Part shown: positions 30,439-38,817 of the stretch, in pieces
Layout of the letters: every line of letters starts with the position of its first letter
How positions within the stretch are numbered: position 1 is the stretch's first letter
Assembly (NCBI GenBank): GCA_049513715.1
Contig: JBEKVV010000003.1
Span: forward strand, 384,001 to 448,000
Length of the DNA stretch: 64,000 nucleotides
From: Candidatus Bathyarchaeia archaeon
GTDB lineage: Archaea > Thermoproteota > Bathyarchaeia > 40CM-2-53-6
Direction: 5' to 3'
Notes under the pieces: model-generated
Database searches by the model: none
The model's input: only the letters and a program-made list of their open reading frames with translations
What the model was told of the DNA's origin: nothing
Position numbers and translations under genes: made by a program

Positions 30439-30714
30439 TCAGCCGCCCGCTACAGCGGGGATTATTTGCAGACGGTCACCGTCTTTGAGCTTCGTGTTCA
30501 AGCCTTCCCCTTGTCTGATTTCATTCTTGTTTACGAATATGTTCACGTACCGTCTAACTTGTCTATCTTCGTCCAAAATGAAGGCCTTCAAACCAGGAAA
30601 CATTTCGTCTAGTCTCGAAACTGCTTGCTCAACCGTGACCGCATCTAGGCTGATTTCTGAATTATCTTGAGTATACTGCCGGAGAGCAGCCGGAATTGTG
30701 ACAGTTACTCTCAA
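30439..30714 (-). CDS. MoaD/SAMP1-like ubiquitin-like protein
   Basis: IPAALRQY, RRYVNIFVN, IIPAVAGG C-terminus; TTG at 30714. Confidence 0.9.
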   Translation of the reverse strand: MRVTVTIPAALRQYTQDNSEISLDAVTVEQAVSRLDEMFPGLKAFILDEDRQVRRYVNIFVNKNEIRQGEGLNTKLKDGDRLQIIPAVAGG

Positions 30715-30789
30715 TTGAACCAAGCCGAAGAATGTCTGTAAGTGATTATTCATATCTAGTTTTTGAAAATGGCCCTCAGAGGCTGTCAG

Positions 30790-31770
30790 CTACTTTTTCG
30801 ACAGGATTTCTGGGTTAACTGGGTTAGGTGGAATTTGCCCTTTCAAGCCTGAGATTAAATTGTCCGCGGCCATCAGACCCATTTTTGTTCTCGTGGCCAC
30901 GGTTGCGCTGGCAATGTGCGGGGTAATGATGACATTGCTTAGTGATAGGAGGGGGTGGTTTGAGGGTATTGGCTCAGGCTCAGTCACGTCTAAAGCTGCG
31001 AACGCAATCTTCCTATCCCTCAGTGCCTCGAACAGAGCTATGTTGTCAACTATCGGGCCTCGTGCAGTGTTAACGAGCACCGCCGTTTTCTTCATCCTGG
31101 CGAGTTCCTTGGCTCCGATTAAATTGTGGGTTTCTGTCGTCAGGTTCGTGTGAACAGTGACGAAATCAGATTCGGTCAGTAACCTCTCGAATTCAGCATA
31201 CTCTACGCCGAGCTCCTTCTCGACCTCATCCGCTCGGCGGAGATCATAGTAGAGTGATTTCATGCCGAAGCCTTGTGCTCGCCGCGCGACCGCCCTTCCG
31301 ATCCTTCCAAAACCAATAATCCCCAAGGTTGCGCCGTGTATATCCTGGCCGAGTAGAATCAATGGGCCCCACGTTTTCCAATTGCCCGCTCTAACTAGTT
31401 TGTCCCCTTCCACGATACGCCGCGCTGCAGCCATCATGAGCGCAAATGCAAGGTCAGCGGCAGTTTCTGTCAGAACATCGGGGGTGTTGGTAACGATTAT
31501 TCCGCGCCTCGTGGCTTCAACAACATCCACGTTATCGTAGCCCACTGCGTAATTGCTGACTACCCGCAGCTTTGGCGCCTTATTCATCAGCTCCGCGTCA
31601 ACTTTGTCCGTAAGAAGACACAATAGGCCTTCAACGTCTCGAACATGTTCAAGCAGCACTTGCCGTCCCGGAGGAACCTCCCCCTCCCACACTTTGGTAT
31701 CGCAGAATGACCGAATCCGTTCCATGGCTTCCTCTGGCAGCAGCCTTGTCACGTAGACTTTTGGTTTCAT
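30790..31770 (-). CDS. gyaR: Glyoxylate reductase / D-glycerate dehydrogenase
   Basis: MKPKVYVTR, AVGYDNVDV, GFGRIG, NTARG, LDVTEPEP, PHIASA. Confidence 0.9.
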   Translation of the reverse strand: MKPKVYVTRLLPEEAMERIRSFCDTKVWEGEVPPGRQVLLEHVRDVEGLLCLLTDKVDAELMNKAPKLRVVSNYAVGYDNVDVVEATRRGIIVTNTPDVLTETAADLAFALMMAAARRIVEGDKLVRAGNWKTWGPLILLGQDIHGATLGIIGFGRIGRAVARRAQGFGMKSLYYDLRRADEVEKELGVEYAEFERLLTESDFVTVHTNLTTETHNLIGAKELARMKKTAVLVNTARGPIVDNIALFEALRDRKIAFAALDVTEPEPIPSNHPLLSLSNVIITPHIASATVATRTKMGLMAADNLISGLKGQIPPNPVNPEILSKK

Positions 31771-31905
31771 CTAATCTGCCTCGGAAATGATGCGATTGAA
31801 TGCCTCACTTATGGTGATGACCGTTATCTCTTTGCCTCGAAGCCCGAAAGAGTCGGGTACTGCGGAGGCTTTTCAACTCTCACCAAGTGAAGGAGCGGTT
31901 GAACT

Positions 31906-32018
31906 ATGGCAGGCTTGCTAAGCGCCCACGGCCACACATCGAATCCCTCTCAGATTTGATATTCGGGGTTCCTCTGTCGATTGGGGCAACATCCGTAATC
32001 ACGAGGCTTATGCGTTGA
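31906..32018 (+). pseudogene. Frameshifted, truncated N-terminal fragment of a TMEM175-family gene
   Basis: Frame from 31923 reads RPRPHIESLSDLIFGVPLSIGATSVITRLMR*, matching the N-terminus of the downstream gene; ATG at 31906 is out of frame. Confidence 0.7.
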
Positions 32019-32198
32019 ATATGGCGGGGTTGATGGCGATATTCGCGCTGTTCACGTACCAATTGACGCACACAAGTAGCCCGGTTCAAATTCCAACGGT
32101 TGCACCATTAGTCCCACCCGCACGCAACTGCCATTTGCAGTGGCTGTCAAGAGCAAAGAGCTTTTCAATATAGTGCAATCAGTAGTGGCGATTCCTCC

Positions 32199-32828
32199 TT
32201 GGACGAAATTACGAAGCGAACTCAACCTATCGAATCGCTTTCGGAATTAGTCAAAATTATTTTCGGACTTGCTCTATCGATTGGTGCTATTTCGTTGATC
32301 TCGCGACTTCCCACCAAGCCGCTGGGAATATTGGTTGACGTTGCAGAGTTTGGGTTCAGCTTCCTGATCTTGATCTCCGTATGGATGGGGTATACGAACA
32401 TAATGTCGGTTCTTCCGATGGAGGATAGCGTTACAGTCATCCTTAACCTTGTGTTGCTTTTTCTTGTCTCGATCGAGCCCTACCTCTTCTACCTGAACAT
32501 AACCTTCGACCTCTTATCCCATGAACTGCTTCTGAATTCTGCTTCAATGCTGTACGCCTTAGATATGACTGGACTGATGTTGATTCTCGCATTATTCACA
32601 CATCAACTCGCTAGGGAGGAGAGAGGGTTAGTCTCGAAGGAGTCAATGGCTAGGTTCAAGCGGGTTAGGAACACCTTATTCATATCAGCGGGCCTCTTCG
32701 CGATCACCATTCTGCCACTATTCTGGACCTTGAAACTCTGGGACCTGCCGATACGATTCTACTTCTGGTTCATTCCACTAGTCCTTTCGTCGGTTAGGCA
32801 CATATCGGACCGCGGATTTCAAGAATAA
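32199..32828 (+). CDS. TMEM175/DUF1211-family membrane protein (K+ channel-like)
   Basis: IESLSE...IFGLALSI, FSFLILISVW, LNLVLLFLVSIEP; about 6 TM helices. Confidence 0.78.
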   Translation: MDEITKRTQPIESLSELVKIIFGLALSIGAISLISRLPTKPLGILVDVAEFGFSFLILISVWMGYTNIMSVLPMEDSVTVILNLVLLFLVSIEPYLFYLNITFDLLSHELLLNSASMLYALDMTGLMLILALFTHQLAREERGLVSKESMARFKRVRNTLFISAGLFAITILPLFWTLKLWDLPIRFYFWFIPLVLSSVRHISDRGFQE

Positions 32829-32950
32829 CGTCAACAGCCCAGCATCAACCGGCCTCGTCCGTTTGTGTCTTCTGCTGTTTATTTCACGTATTGGGACGCG
32901 GAGGGAGAGTATATTGGATTCTGCCGACGCTGTGATTTTGTGGTAATATC

Positions 32951-33397
32951 TTGAGTCTTGAAGAGGTAGCGAAATGCAACTTCAATTCTGGTTTCAATTG
33001 CGCGGAATCGGTTCTGTTAGCAGTGAACAGTGAACTTGACGCAACAGGAGCGAGTGATCAGGTGATTCCGAGAATTGCCACAGGTTTTGGGGGCGGGATC
33101 AGCCGGAATGGCGATGTCTGCGGAGCCCTTGTGGGCGGAGCGATGGCAATCAGCCTAGCGTTGGGCCGCGACAAGTCCGATGCCAGCAGGGAACCATGCT
33201 ACTCAGCAGTCGACCAATTCTACAATGATTTCCGAGCAAAATTCGGGTCGTGCAAGTGCCGTGAACTAACGAACCTAAATATGAAAACCCCAGAGGGGGC
33301 CGAGGCGTACAAAGCCGAAATTCACGCGGAAATCTGCAACCCAATCGTCGCGTGGGCCGCTAGGAGAGCTCACGATCTCATCAAAGAGACCTCGTGA
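32951..33397 (+). CDS. C-GCAxxG-C-C family redox protein
   Basis: NCAESV, GFGGG, CGALVG, C-R-E-L, final Cys. Confidence 0.88.
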   Translation: MSLEEVAKCNFNSGFNCAESVLLAVNSELDATGASDQVIPRIATGFGGGISRNGDVCGALVGGAMAISLALGRDKSDASREPCYSAVDQFYNDFRAKFGSCKCRELTNLNMKTPEGAEAYKAEIHAEICNPIVAWAARRAHDLIKETS

Positions 33398-33445
33398 ACT
33401 AATTGGAAGCCAGCCTAGGCTTCGTTTCTTGACATGTTTTCGGCG

Positions 33446-33727
33446 CTAAGGCAGCAGCAGACTTGAGAATAGCAGAATCGCAAGACCTAGCGATGCTGCA
33501 AGCATCCAAGCCTTGCTCAGGATTTCTCCCCATCTCTCTGTCATGAATAAGTAAACAATCATTGCGAATGACAAAAGGTCGACAGCCAGGAAGATTGCGA
33601 ATCTAGTTTCACTTACGCTGCTGGTTGCGTCGAGCGTCCATAGAAAAAGCGCGGAGGCTGCTTGAAGCAGGAGCAGCAATGTGACAATCAGCCTATTCCG
33701 ATCCATTTTGGACTCCTCCAAATTCAA
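33446..33727 (-). CDS. Small 3-TM membrane protein, last gene of the Rieske/cytochrome b operon
   Basis: Three hydrophobic helices; overlaps the end of cytochrome b; start may be ATG 33706. Confidence 0.65.
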   Translation of the reverse strand: MNLEESKMDRNRLIVTLLLLLQAASALFLWTLDATSSVSETRFAIFLAVDLLSFAMIVYLFMTERWGEILSKAWMLAASLGLAILLFSSLLLP

Positions 33728-35171
33728 AGAGAGGAATTCGTCTCTTGACTGAACCGATTCTCAATTCTAGTCTGTATAGAAAGATGAATGTGCCAAGGAA
33801 TACTGCTCCTAACAATGTCGCCGATAAACAGAGAGATGCGAGCGCCTCAAAATTGACTCCGCCAATAACTAATTGAGCTGAATTTCCGAAGAATGCGCTG
33901 ATTGAAACTGAACCTAGAGCAAGTAATCCGACTAGCATGGGCCCCGCCCATACGACAGTTATCGCTTGCGTGGAAGCCTTGTTCGTCGGTAGATGTCCCT
34001 TGATTTGCGAGTTTATGAGTTTGCTCAGGCCTAAAGAGATGAGCGCGATCAGTAATGCAGATCCCCCTAGCACTGTGGCAGCAACTTCTGTAGGGATGAC
34101 TTGGCCTGGTGTGATCAAGCCCCAATATGCAAGCACGAAGACTTCGCCAACAAATATTAGGCCAAGTGCTACAAAGAGAGGGCGGTTTCGGATTTTCCTC
34201 GTTTCGCCTCGGTCAATTACGGGTAGGAGGAATAGCAGTAGGAAGATTATGGTGACAACACTCATCGCGACCGGAAGGCCCGCACCTTCGAACACTGAAA
34301 TCTTCAGCAGCTGATAAATCCACAGAAAGTACCAGTCAGGTTGCGGAATAAACTGGGACGCAAGTTCCGGCGTATATTGTGGGGGTAGATTGAGTGGGAA
34401 GACCACTGAGATGAGAAGCATTATGGCGCCGAAGATCGCTGCCAGCTCTAACAGGTAGAGTGAAACATCAGGGAATATTGGAATTGTTCGACGGGGTTTT
34501 GTTTCGCCGAGGGCTGTTACTGGCTCTGAGATGCCGTGCGTTTCTAGCATGTACATTTTGACGGTCAAGAGAACTAACAGTACTGCAGGTAGGATGACCA
34601 CGTGTAAATCGTAGAAGCGTAGGAGTTGGGTAGCATCACCGCCAGCCCCAATTATTAGAAAACTTAGGAGTGATGAGAGCGGTGCTGGCAAGGCGTCTAT
34701 CATTCCTACGCCTACGTCGGTTGCTGACTTTGAAACCACCGTCCAAGGCAGCAAGTATCCAGTAAAACCAAAGCCCAATGTGACGAAGCCCATCACCATG
34801 CCCACAAACCACATAATCTCTCTAGGTTTCTTGTGGACTGAGACGAAGTACCCGCGCATCATGTGCATGAATGCGAGCATTATCATCGCATATGCTGTGT
34901 ATAGGTGGACGCTTTCCAAGAACCTTCCATAGAAAACGGATTGAAAGATGTATTGAGTTGACGGAAACGCTTCCATTGGGTTGGGAATGTAGTAGAGCAT
35001 CATTATCATCCCCGTGACGCCTTGAATGACGAAAGCGACTACAGTTAGGGCGCCGAGCCAGTAGAGGGGGTTGATGGCGTAACGAGGAACTGGCCTTAGC
35101 AAGGGGTGCGAGAGGCCCAGTCGAGTGTCAATCCATCTGAGCAACCTAGTGGGCTCGCTTTGTTCTTTCAC
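33693..35171 (-). CDS. Cytochrome b of a Rieske/cyt b complex (SoxN/PetB-like, extra C-terminal TM helices)
   Basis: H-x13-H in helix B, GYLLPW, RFYDLH, Qo motif PDWY. Confidence 0.93.
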   Translation of the reverse strand: MKEQSEPTRLLRWIDTRLGLSHPLLRPVPRYAINPLYWLGALTVVAFVIQGVTGMIMMLYYIPNPMEAFPSTQYIFQSVFYGRFLESVHLYTAYAMIMLAFMHMMRGYFVSVHKKPREIMWFVGMVMGFVTLGFGFTGYLLPWTVVSKSATDVGVGMIDALPAPLSSLLSFLIIGAGGDATQLLRFYDLHVVILPAVLLVLLTVKMYMLETHGISEPVTALGETKPRRTIPIFPDVSLYLLELAAIFGAIMLLISVVFPLNLPPQYTPELASQFIPQPDWYFLWIYQLLKISVFEGAGLPVAMSVVTIIFLLLFLLPVIDRGETRKIRNRPLFVALGLIFVGEVFVLAYWGLITPGQVIPTEVAATVLGGSALLIALISLGLSKLINSQIKGHLPTNKASTQAITVVWAGPMLVGLLALGSVSISAFFGNSAQLVIGGVNFEALASLCLSATLLGAVFLGTFIFLYRLELRIGSVKRRIPLFEFGGVQNGSE

Positions 35172-35177
35172 AGTTGT

Positions 35178-35819
35178 CTAACTCACAATGTTTCCGCCTT
35201 GAAGGTCCGAGGTGACATCGTTCGACCCGGTGTTGTGCCCGAAAATTGCTGGAGGCGTCATGCCAACCGCAAAGATTTCCCCAGAGTCGCTCAGTTGCAA
35301 TATGACTTGAGGTTGGGGCCGAGGGGAGGGCCCGGAGCGTACGCTAGCGCGGTGCAGAAAATCGAAGACGCTTCCATGGCAACAACAGTAACCCAACGGG
35401 GTGTCGGCTTTGAAGGCTGAATTGCATTGTGGACTGGTTCCGGTGGGTTGGAAGGAGTACACGCAGCCTAGGTGCTGGCACAAGACACTAAAGGCCACGA
35501 TATCTCCATCGGGCCCAACTCCACCTTCCGCCTTCTGCCCTAGCTTCACCAAGATGTTTGGCTCGTTGTCGAGCGGATAGTTGAAGACGACATGTTCATT
35601 CACCTTCAAGTCTCCCATTGACGCGACTTTCACTTTGGGAAATGTCGCTGGTCCGGTTCTGGCTGGGGGGGCCGAATTAGTAATGGCTTTTGTGATGGCC
35701 GCGATTCCACCGATAAGCAGAAGCCCCGATAAAGTGACTGCGAGCTTTAGAAAATTCCGTTTCCTCTCGTTCGGCCGCTTTTCCCTTGGATTGTCACTGG
35801 TGGCTTTCTTCGGGGGCAT
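35178..35819 (-). CDS. Rieske [2Fe-2S] protein (SoxL-like) with Tat-like anchor
   Basis: RKRNFLK + TM, CQHLGC, CCCHGS, GPSPRP. Confidence 0.92.
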   Translation of the reverse strand: MPPKKATSDNPREKRPNERKRNFLKLAVTLSGLLLIGGIAAITKAITNSAPPARTGPATFPKVKVASMGDLKVNEHVVFNYPLDNEPNILVKLGQKAEGGVGPDGDIVAFSVLCQHLGCVYSFQPTGTSPQCNSAFKADTPLGYCCCHGSVFDFLHRASVRSGPSPRPQPQVILQLSDSGEIFAVGMTPPAIFGHNTGSNDVTSDLQGGNIVS

Positions 35820-35823
35820 TGAA

Positions 35824-36975
35824 TCACCGTTTGGCTTTTGGCCTGGTAATTATCGCTCCAATAACCAATCCTACGATCAGAAGGCCGAAGCCAACCACAC
35901 CCGCTAAGGTAGCGCTAATGCCCGTTGGGGTCGACTGCGCAATTGTGACCGGAGCAGTTGGTGGCATTTGGTCGCTGATCGTTAGATCATACCACTGCGA
36001 CACTGACTTCACGTGCGCTGATTCCCCTAGTTTCCCGTTCCAAACCGCGAAAGCCACATAATAGTTAGAGCCAGTCTTCAGTTGCACTCTGTATTGAGAT
36101 GCGTCGGATACGGTGAAACTTCTAACCATCTCAACGGTCCATGTTTGATTGTTTTCTGAGAAATAGTTGCCTACGTGTATTACGAATGGGTCCGCGTAGG
36201 GGTCCAAGTTTGGGGAATCAGCCCCGAAGCTTCCACCTGTCACAAAGAAGCCGGTCGTGTTCGTGTAATCGCTTTCTGCATATGAGACATTGTTAGGAGG
36301 ATAGAGGGTGGTCCCGGCTGGGTCGGTGTAACCTCCTGGGAAGTCTGGGTCGCGCTGGTCGTTGTCGGTTGGAACTGACTGCCAATGCCAGATGTCGGCT
36401 GCTCCTCCGGTTATGGCGCCGTTCGTTGCTAACTCCATTACAGGTGACTGCTGCCTCTTCGAGGTGTCACCTAGGAACCAGAGCATTGCCACGCGGTCTT
36501 GGTAGTAGTATGTTGAGTTGTAGAACAACTGGTTTGCGGTTGCTGTACTCTCGTCGGTTAGGGGCAGTAGGGTTCCATTGGGTGCAGTGTAAAGCTCACC
36601 TTCCGAGCCGAAGGACGGCCCAACCTTATCATCCCAACGAAACAGCGCGTAAACATTGAACCCGTCATTAGCAGATTTCACAAGAACGTTCTGCGTGCGA
36701 CCTCCTCCTGGCGAAACGGAGGCAGCCAACGGGACGCTTGTCCACTCGATCGCGTTCCAGAATGATTCGTTTCCAGGCGCGTTGTAGTCGGGAGCTCCGT
36801 TCACTCGGTGAGACGTAATCTTCGGGAATGACCCTTGAGCAAACGCTCCCTGCATCGCAACGTTTGGCAGCGCTCCTGCCCAAACAATCATGATAAGAAA
36901 GACGAAGAGAACACGAGGACTTATCCTATTTAGAATCGTTGAAATCTCCTTTGAATTACGCGTTGAAGAATTCAT
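35824..36975 (-). CDS. DOMON-type heme b protein (EbdC/CbsA-like), membrane anchored
   Basis: FRWDD, DRVAMLW, Met in SPVMEL, DIWHW, WTVEMVR, AFAVWNG..GE....KSVS.W, C-terminal TM. Confidence 0.82.
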   Translation of the reverse strand: MNSSTRNSKEISTILNRISPRVLFVFLIMIVWAGALPNVAMQGAFAQGSFPKITSHRVNGAPDYNAPGNESFWNAIEWTSVPLAASVSPGGGRTQNVLVKSANDGFNVYALFRWDDKVGPSFGSEGELYTAPNGTLLPLTDESTATANQLFYNSTYYYQDRVAMLWFLGDTSKRQQSPVMELATNGAITGGAADIWHWQSVPTDNDQRDPDFPGGYTDPAGTTLYPPNNVSYAESDYTNTTGFFVTGGSFGADSPNLDPYADPFVIHVGNYFSENNQTWTVEMVRSFTVSDASQYRVQLKTGSNYYVAFAVWNGKLGESAHVKSVSQWYDLTISDQMPPTAPVTIAQSTPTGISATLAGVVGFGLLIVGLVIGAIITRPKAKR

Positions 36976-37233
36976 CGCTCAATGCAAATTTAACGTTTGC
37001 CGGGTCGTTCATGCAAACACACCCGGTCGCGGTTAGGTACGGGTGGGCACGTTGCTAATGGCTATGTAGATGAAATTAATGACCGAGATTTGGTCACCTC
37101 GTAACACGTAAGTTGAGCTACCACTACTGCAGCCCGAGATCGTCTGCAGGAAAAACGTCGAACCTTCCTTTGCATGGGAATCTTGTTAAGCTGCCGTTCC
37201 TATTCAAAGCCGTCGTTGTGAGTTTGGAAGCGT

Positions 37234-37779
37234 ATGCCGCTCTGGAACCTTGTGCTCAGCGGTTACCCGGCCTCAGGCAAGACTGTTCTGGCTCGTAGGC
37301 TTGTTGCTGAGCAACCGAACTTTCTACGCTTAAGTGTCGACGAAATGCGCGACATGTTCTTCGGCTCCAAGGAACCTTCCTCAGAAGAGGAGTTCATTTA
37401 CACTGGTTTTGCGTCTTTGCGGGATTTGGCGTTGAGGATGGGGCACAACGTTGTGCTAGATTGCACTGCCCCAAGAAACAGCACTAGAAATTTTCTGCTG
37501 AACACAAAAGTTCAGGGAGTCATCAGGCTTGTCGTGTTATTTGTTGTTGACAAAACGGAATTGGAGGGACGCAACCGAGAGCGAGGACTAGAGGGCGCAG
37601 TAAGCGCATGGGACAAAACTTGGGAAACCCCAACGCGAGACATTCCAGTCTTCAAATTCAGAAACAACTCCTTAACCGAATTTGAAACCAGCTACTACGT
37701 ACTGACAGACCTGCTCAGAAGCAAAGTTCACCCCTACAGGCGCAGGTTCCTTGGTAACATGTTTCCCCAAATAGGATAG
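37234..37779 (+). CDS. P-loop kinase (AAA_33-like)
   Basis: GYPASGKT, SVDEMR, VVLDCT. Confidence 0.8.
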   Translation: MPLWNLVLSGYPASGKTVLARRLVAEQPNFLRLSVDEMRDMFFGSKEPSSEEEFIYTGFASLRDLALRMGHNVVLDCTAPRNSTRNFLLNTKVQGVIRLVVLFVVDKTELEGRNRERGLEGAVSAWDKTWETPTRDIPVFKFRNNSLTEFETSYYVLTDLLRSKVHPYRRRFLGNMFPQIG

Positions 37780-37835
37780 AATCGATTTCCTCAAGCTAGG
37801 AACTTAATACATTCTTTAGCCACGGTTAGGTTGGC

Positions 37836-37988
37836 GCCGGGGTAGCCTAGCTAGGTAAGGCGACAGAGCCCCGAGAACCGTAGACGTGTGATCGGGACGT
37901 TGAACCTCGAGATCACCGCGCTAGAAATGGGCCAAGACAGCTGTTGGTCCTCTGGGCCTCGTGGGTTCAAATCCCACCCCCGGCGCCA
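37836..37988 (+). tRNA. tRNA-Ser(CGA) with two introns (37867-37904 at 30/31; 37912-37938 at 37/38)
   Basis: Acceptor GCCGGGG/CCCCGGC + G + CCA; D arm GCCT/AGGC; after splicing ACAGC-CTCGAGA-GCTGT; variable arm GGTCC/GGGCC; T arm GTGGG-TTCAAAT-CCCAC. Confidence 0.88.
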
Positions 37989-37998
37989 ATTTACCGGT
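37986..37998. repeat. Left inverted repeat CCAATTTACCGGT
   Basis: Perfect 13-bp reverse complement of 43349-43361. Confidence 0.85.
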
Positions 37999-38103
37999 CG
38001 TTTTGTGTATGTGGGTCTAATGGTGCGCACCACCACAACTGACACAGAATTTCCCATTGAATGGCTTCACTTTGCGTGGCAATTGCAATTGCCAGGGGGC
38101 TTC

Positions 38104-38532
38104 TCAAGTTGTCGTTTGGGTCTGTTTCGGTTTCCACGTCACCGCTAGTATGCCTCCTACGAGGCCTAAGACTAAGCCCACGCCTAGCCCGCCCATAGCG
38201 CCGCCGAATATGCTAAGCGCTGAGAAGACTATGATCAACATGCCCCATGTTGAATGTTCCTGGGGCTTGCTGTTCAGCATCACTGCACTGATGATTACTA
38301 TGACCCCGAAGACTATTCCCAGGATCCCCAATAGCCCGAAACCCAGCCATCCCATCATTCCATAACTAGGAACGCTGTAGCCCATCATACCGCCCCAGCC
38401 GCGGTAGCCGCCCATCATTCCCCCAAACCAAAATGCGCCCATCATGGATGTCATTCCTCCGCCAAGGAGGATGAATAAGCCACCAATCAGTGAAAGTAGG
38501 TAAGCAGCCGTAGGCTTCTCTGTTAGTGTCAT
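38104..38532 (-). CDS. Gly/Met-rich 4-TM membrane protein
   Basis: PTAAYLLSLIGG, GGMMGG repeats, P..H..WG, LGLVGGILA. Confidence 0.8.
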   Translation of the reverse strand: MTLTEKPTAAYLLSLIGGLFILLGGGMTSMMGAFWFGGMMGGYRGWGGMMGYSVPSYGMMGWLGFGLLGILGIVFGVIVIISAVMLNSKPQEHSTWGMLIIVFSALSIFGGAMGGLGVGLVLGLVGGILAVTWKPKQTQTTT

Positions 38533-38720
38533 CTTCTAGATTTCAACTCCATGTGCTTAGTTTGATTCGACTTCCTGTAGGAACACTGCTCACTGATAGT
38601 CACCCCAATCTCTTTAACATGTAACTAATGATTGTGGCCCATCAATTTCGTTCTGCGGAATCATGTATCCCAACACGCCGTTGCCAACCGACAAACCAAA
38701 CCACTCCCATTAAGCTGTGA

Positions 38721-38755
38721 GTTCACACTGAAACACAGTGTGTTTCACCGTGTAC
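38721..38755. promoter_or_regulatory. Palindromic operator candidate in divergent intergenic region
   Basis: Perfect TGAAACACA-G-TGTGTTTCA (38729-38747) with imperfect outer arms, flanked by TTAAG elements. Confidence 0.55.
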
Positions 38756-38817
38756 ACCCATCTTAAGTGCGCTTCTTGAGTGGCATCACCAGACTCGAAC
38801 CGTTGATGTGAATATGC

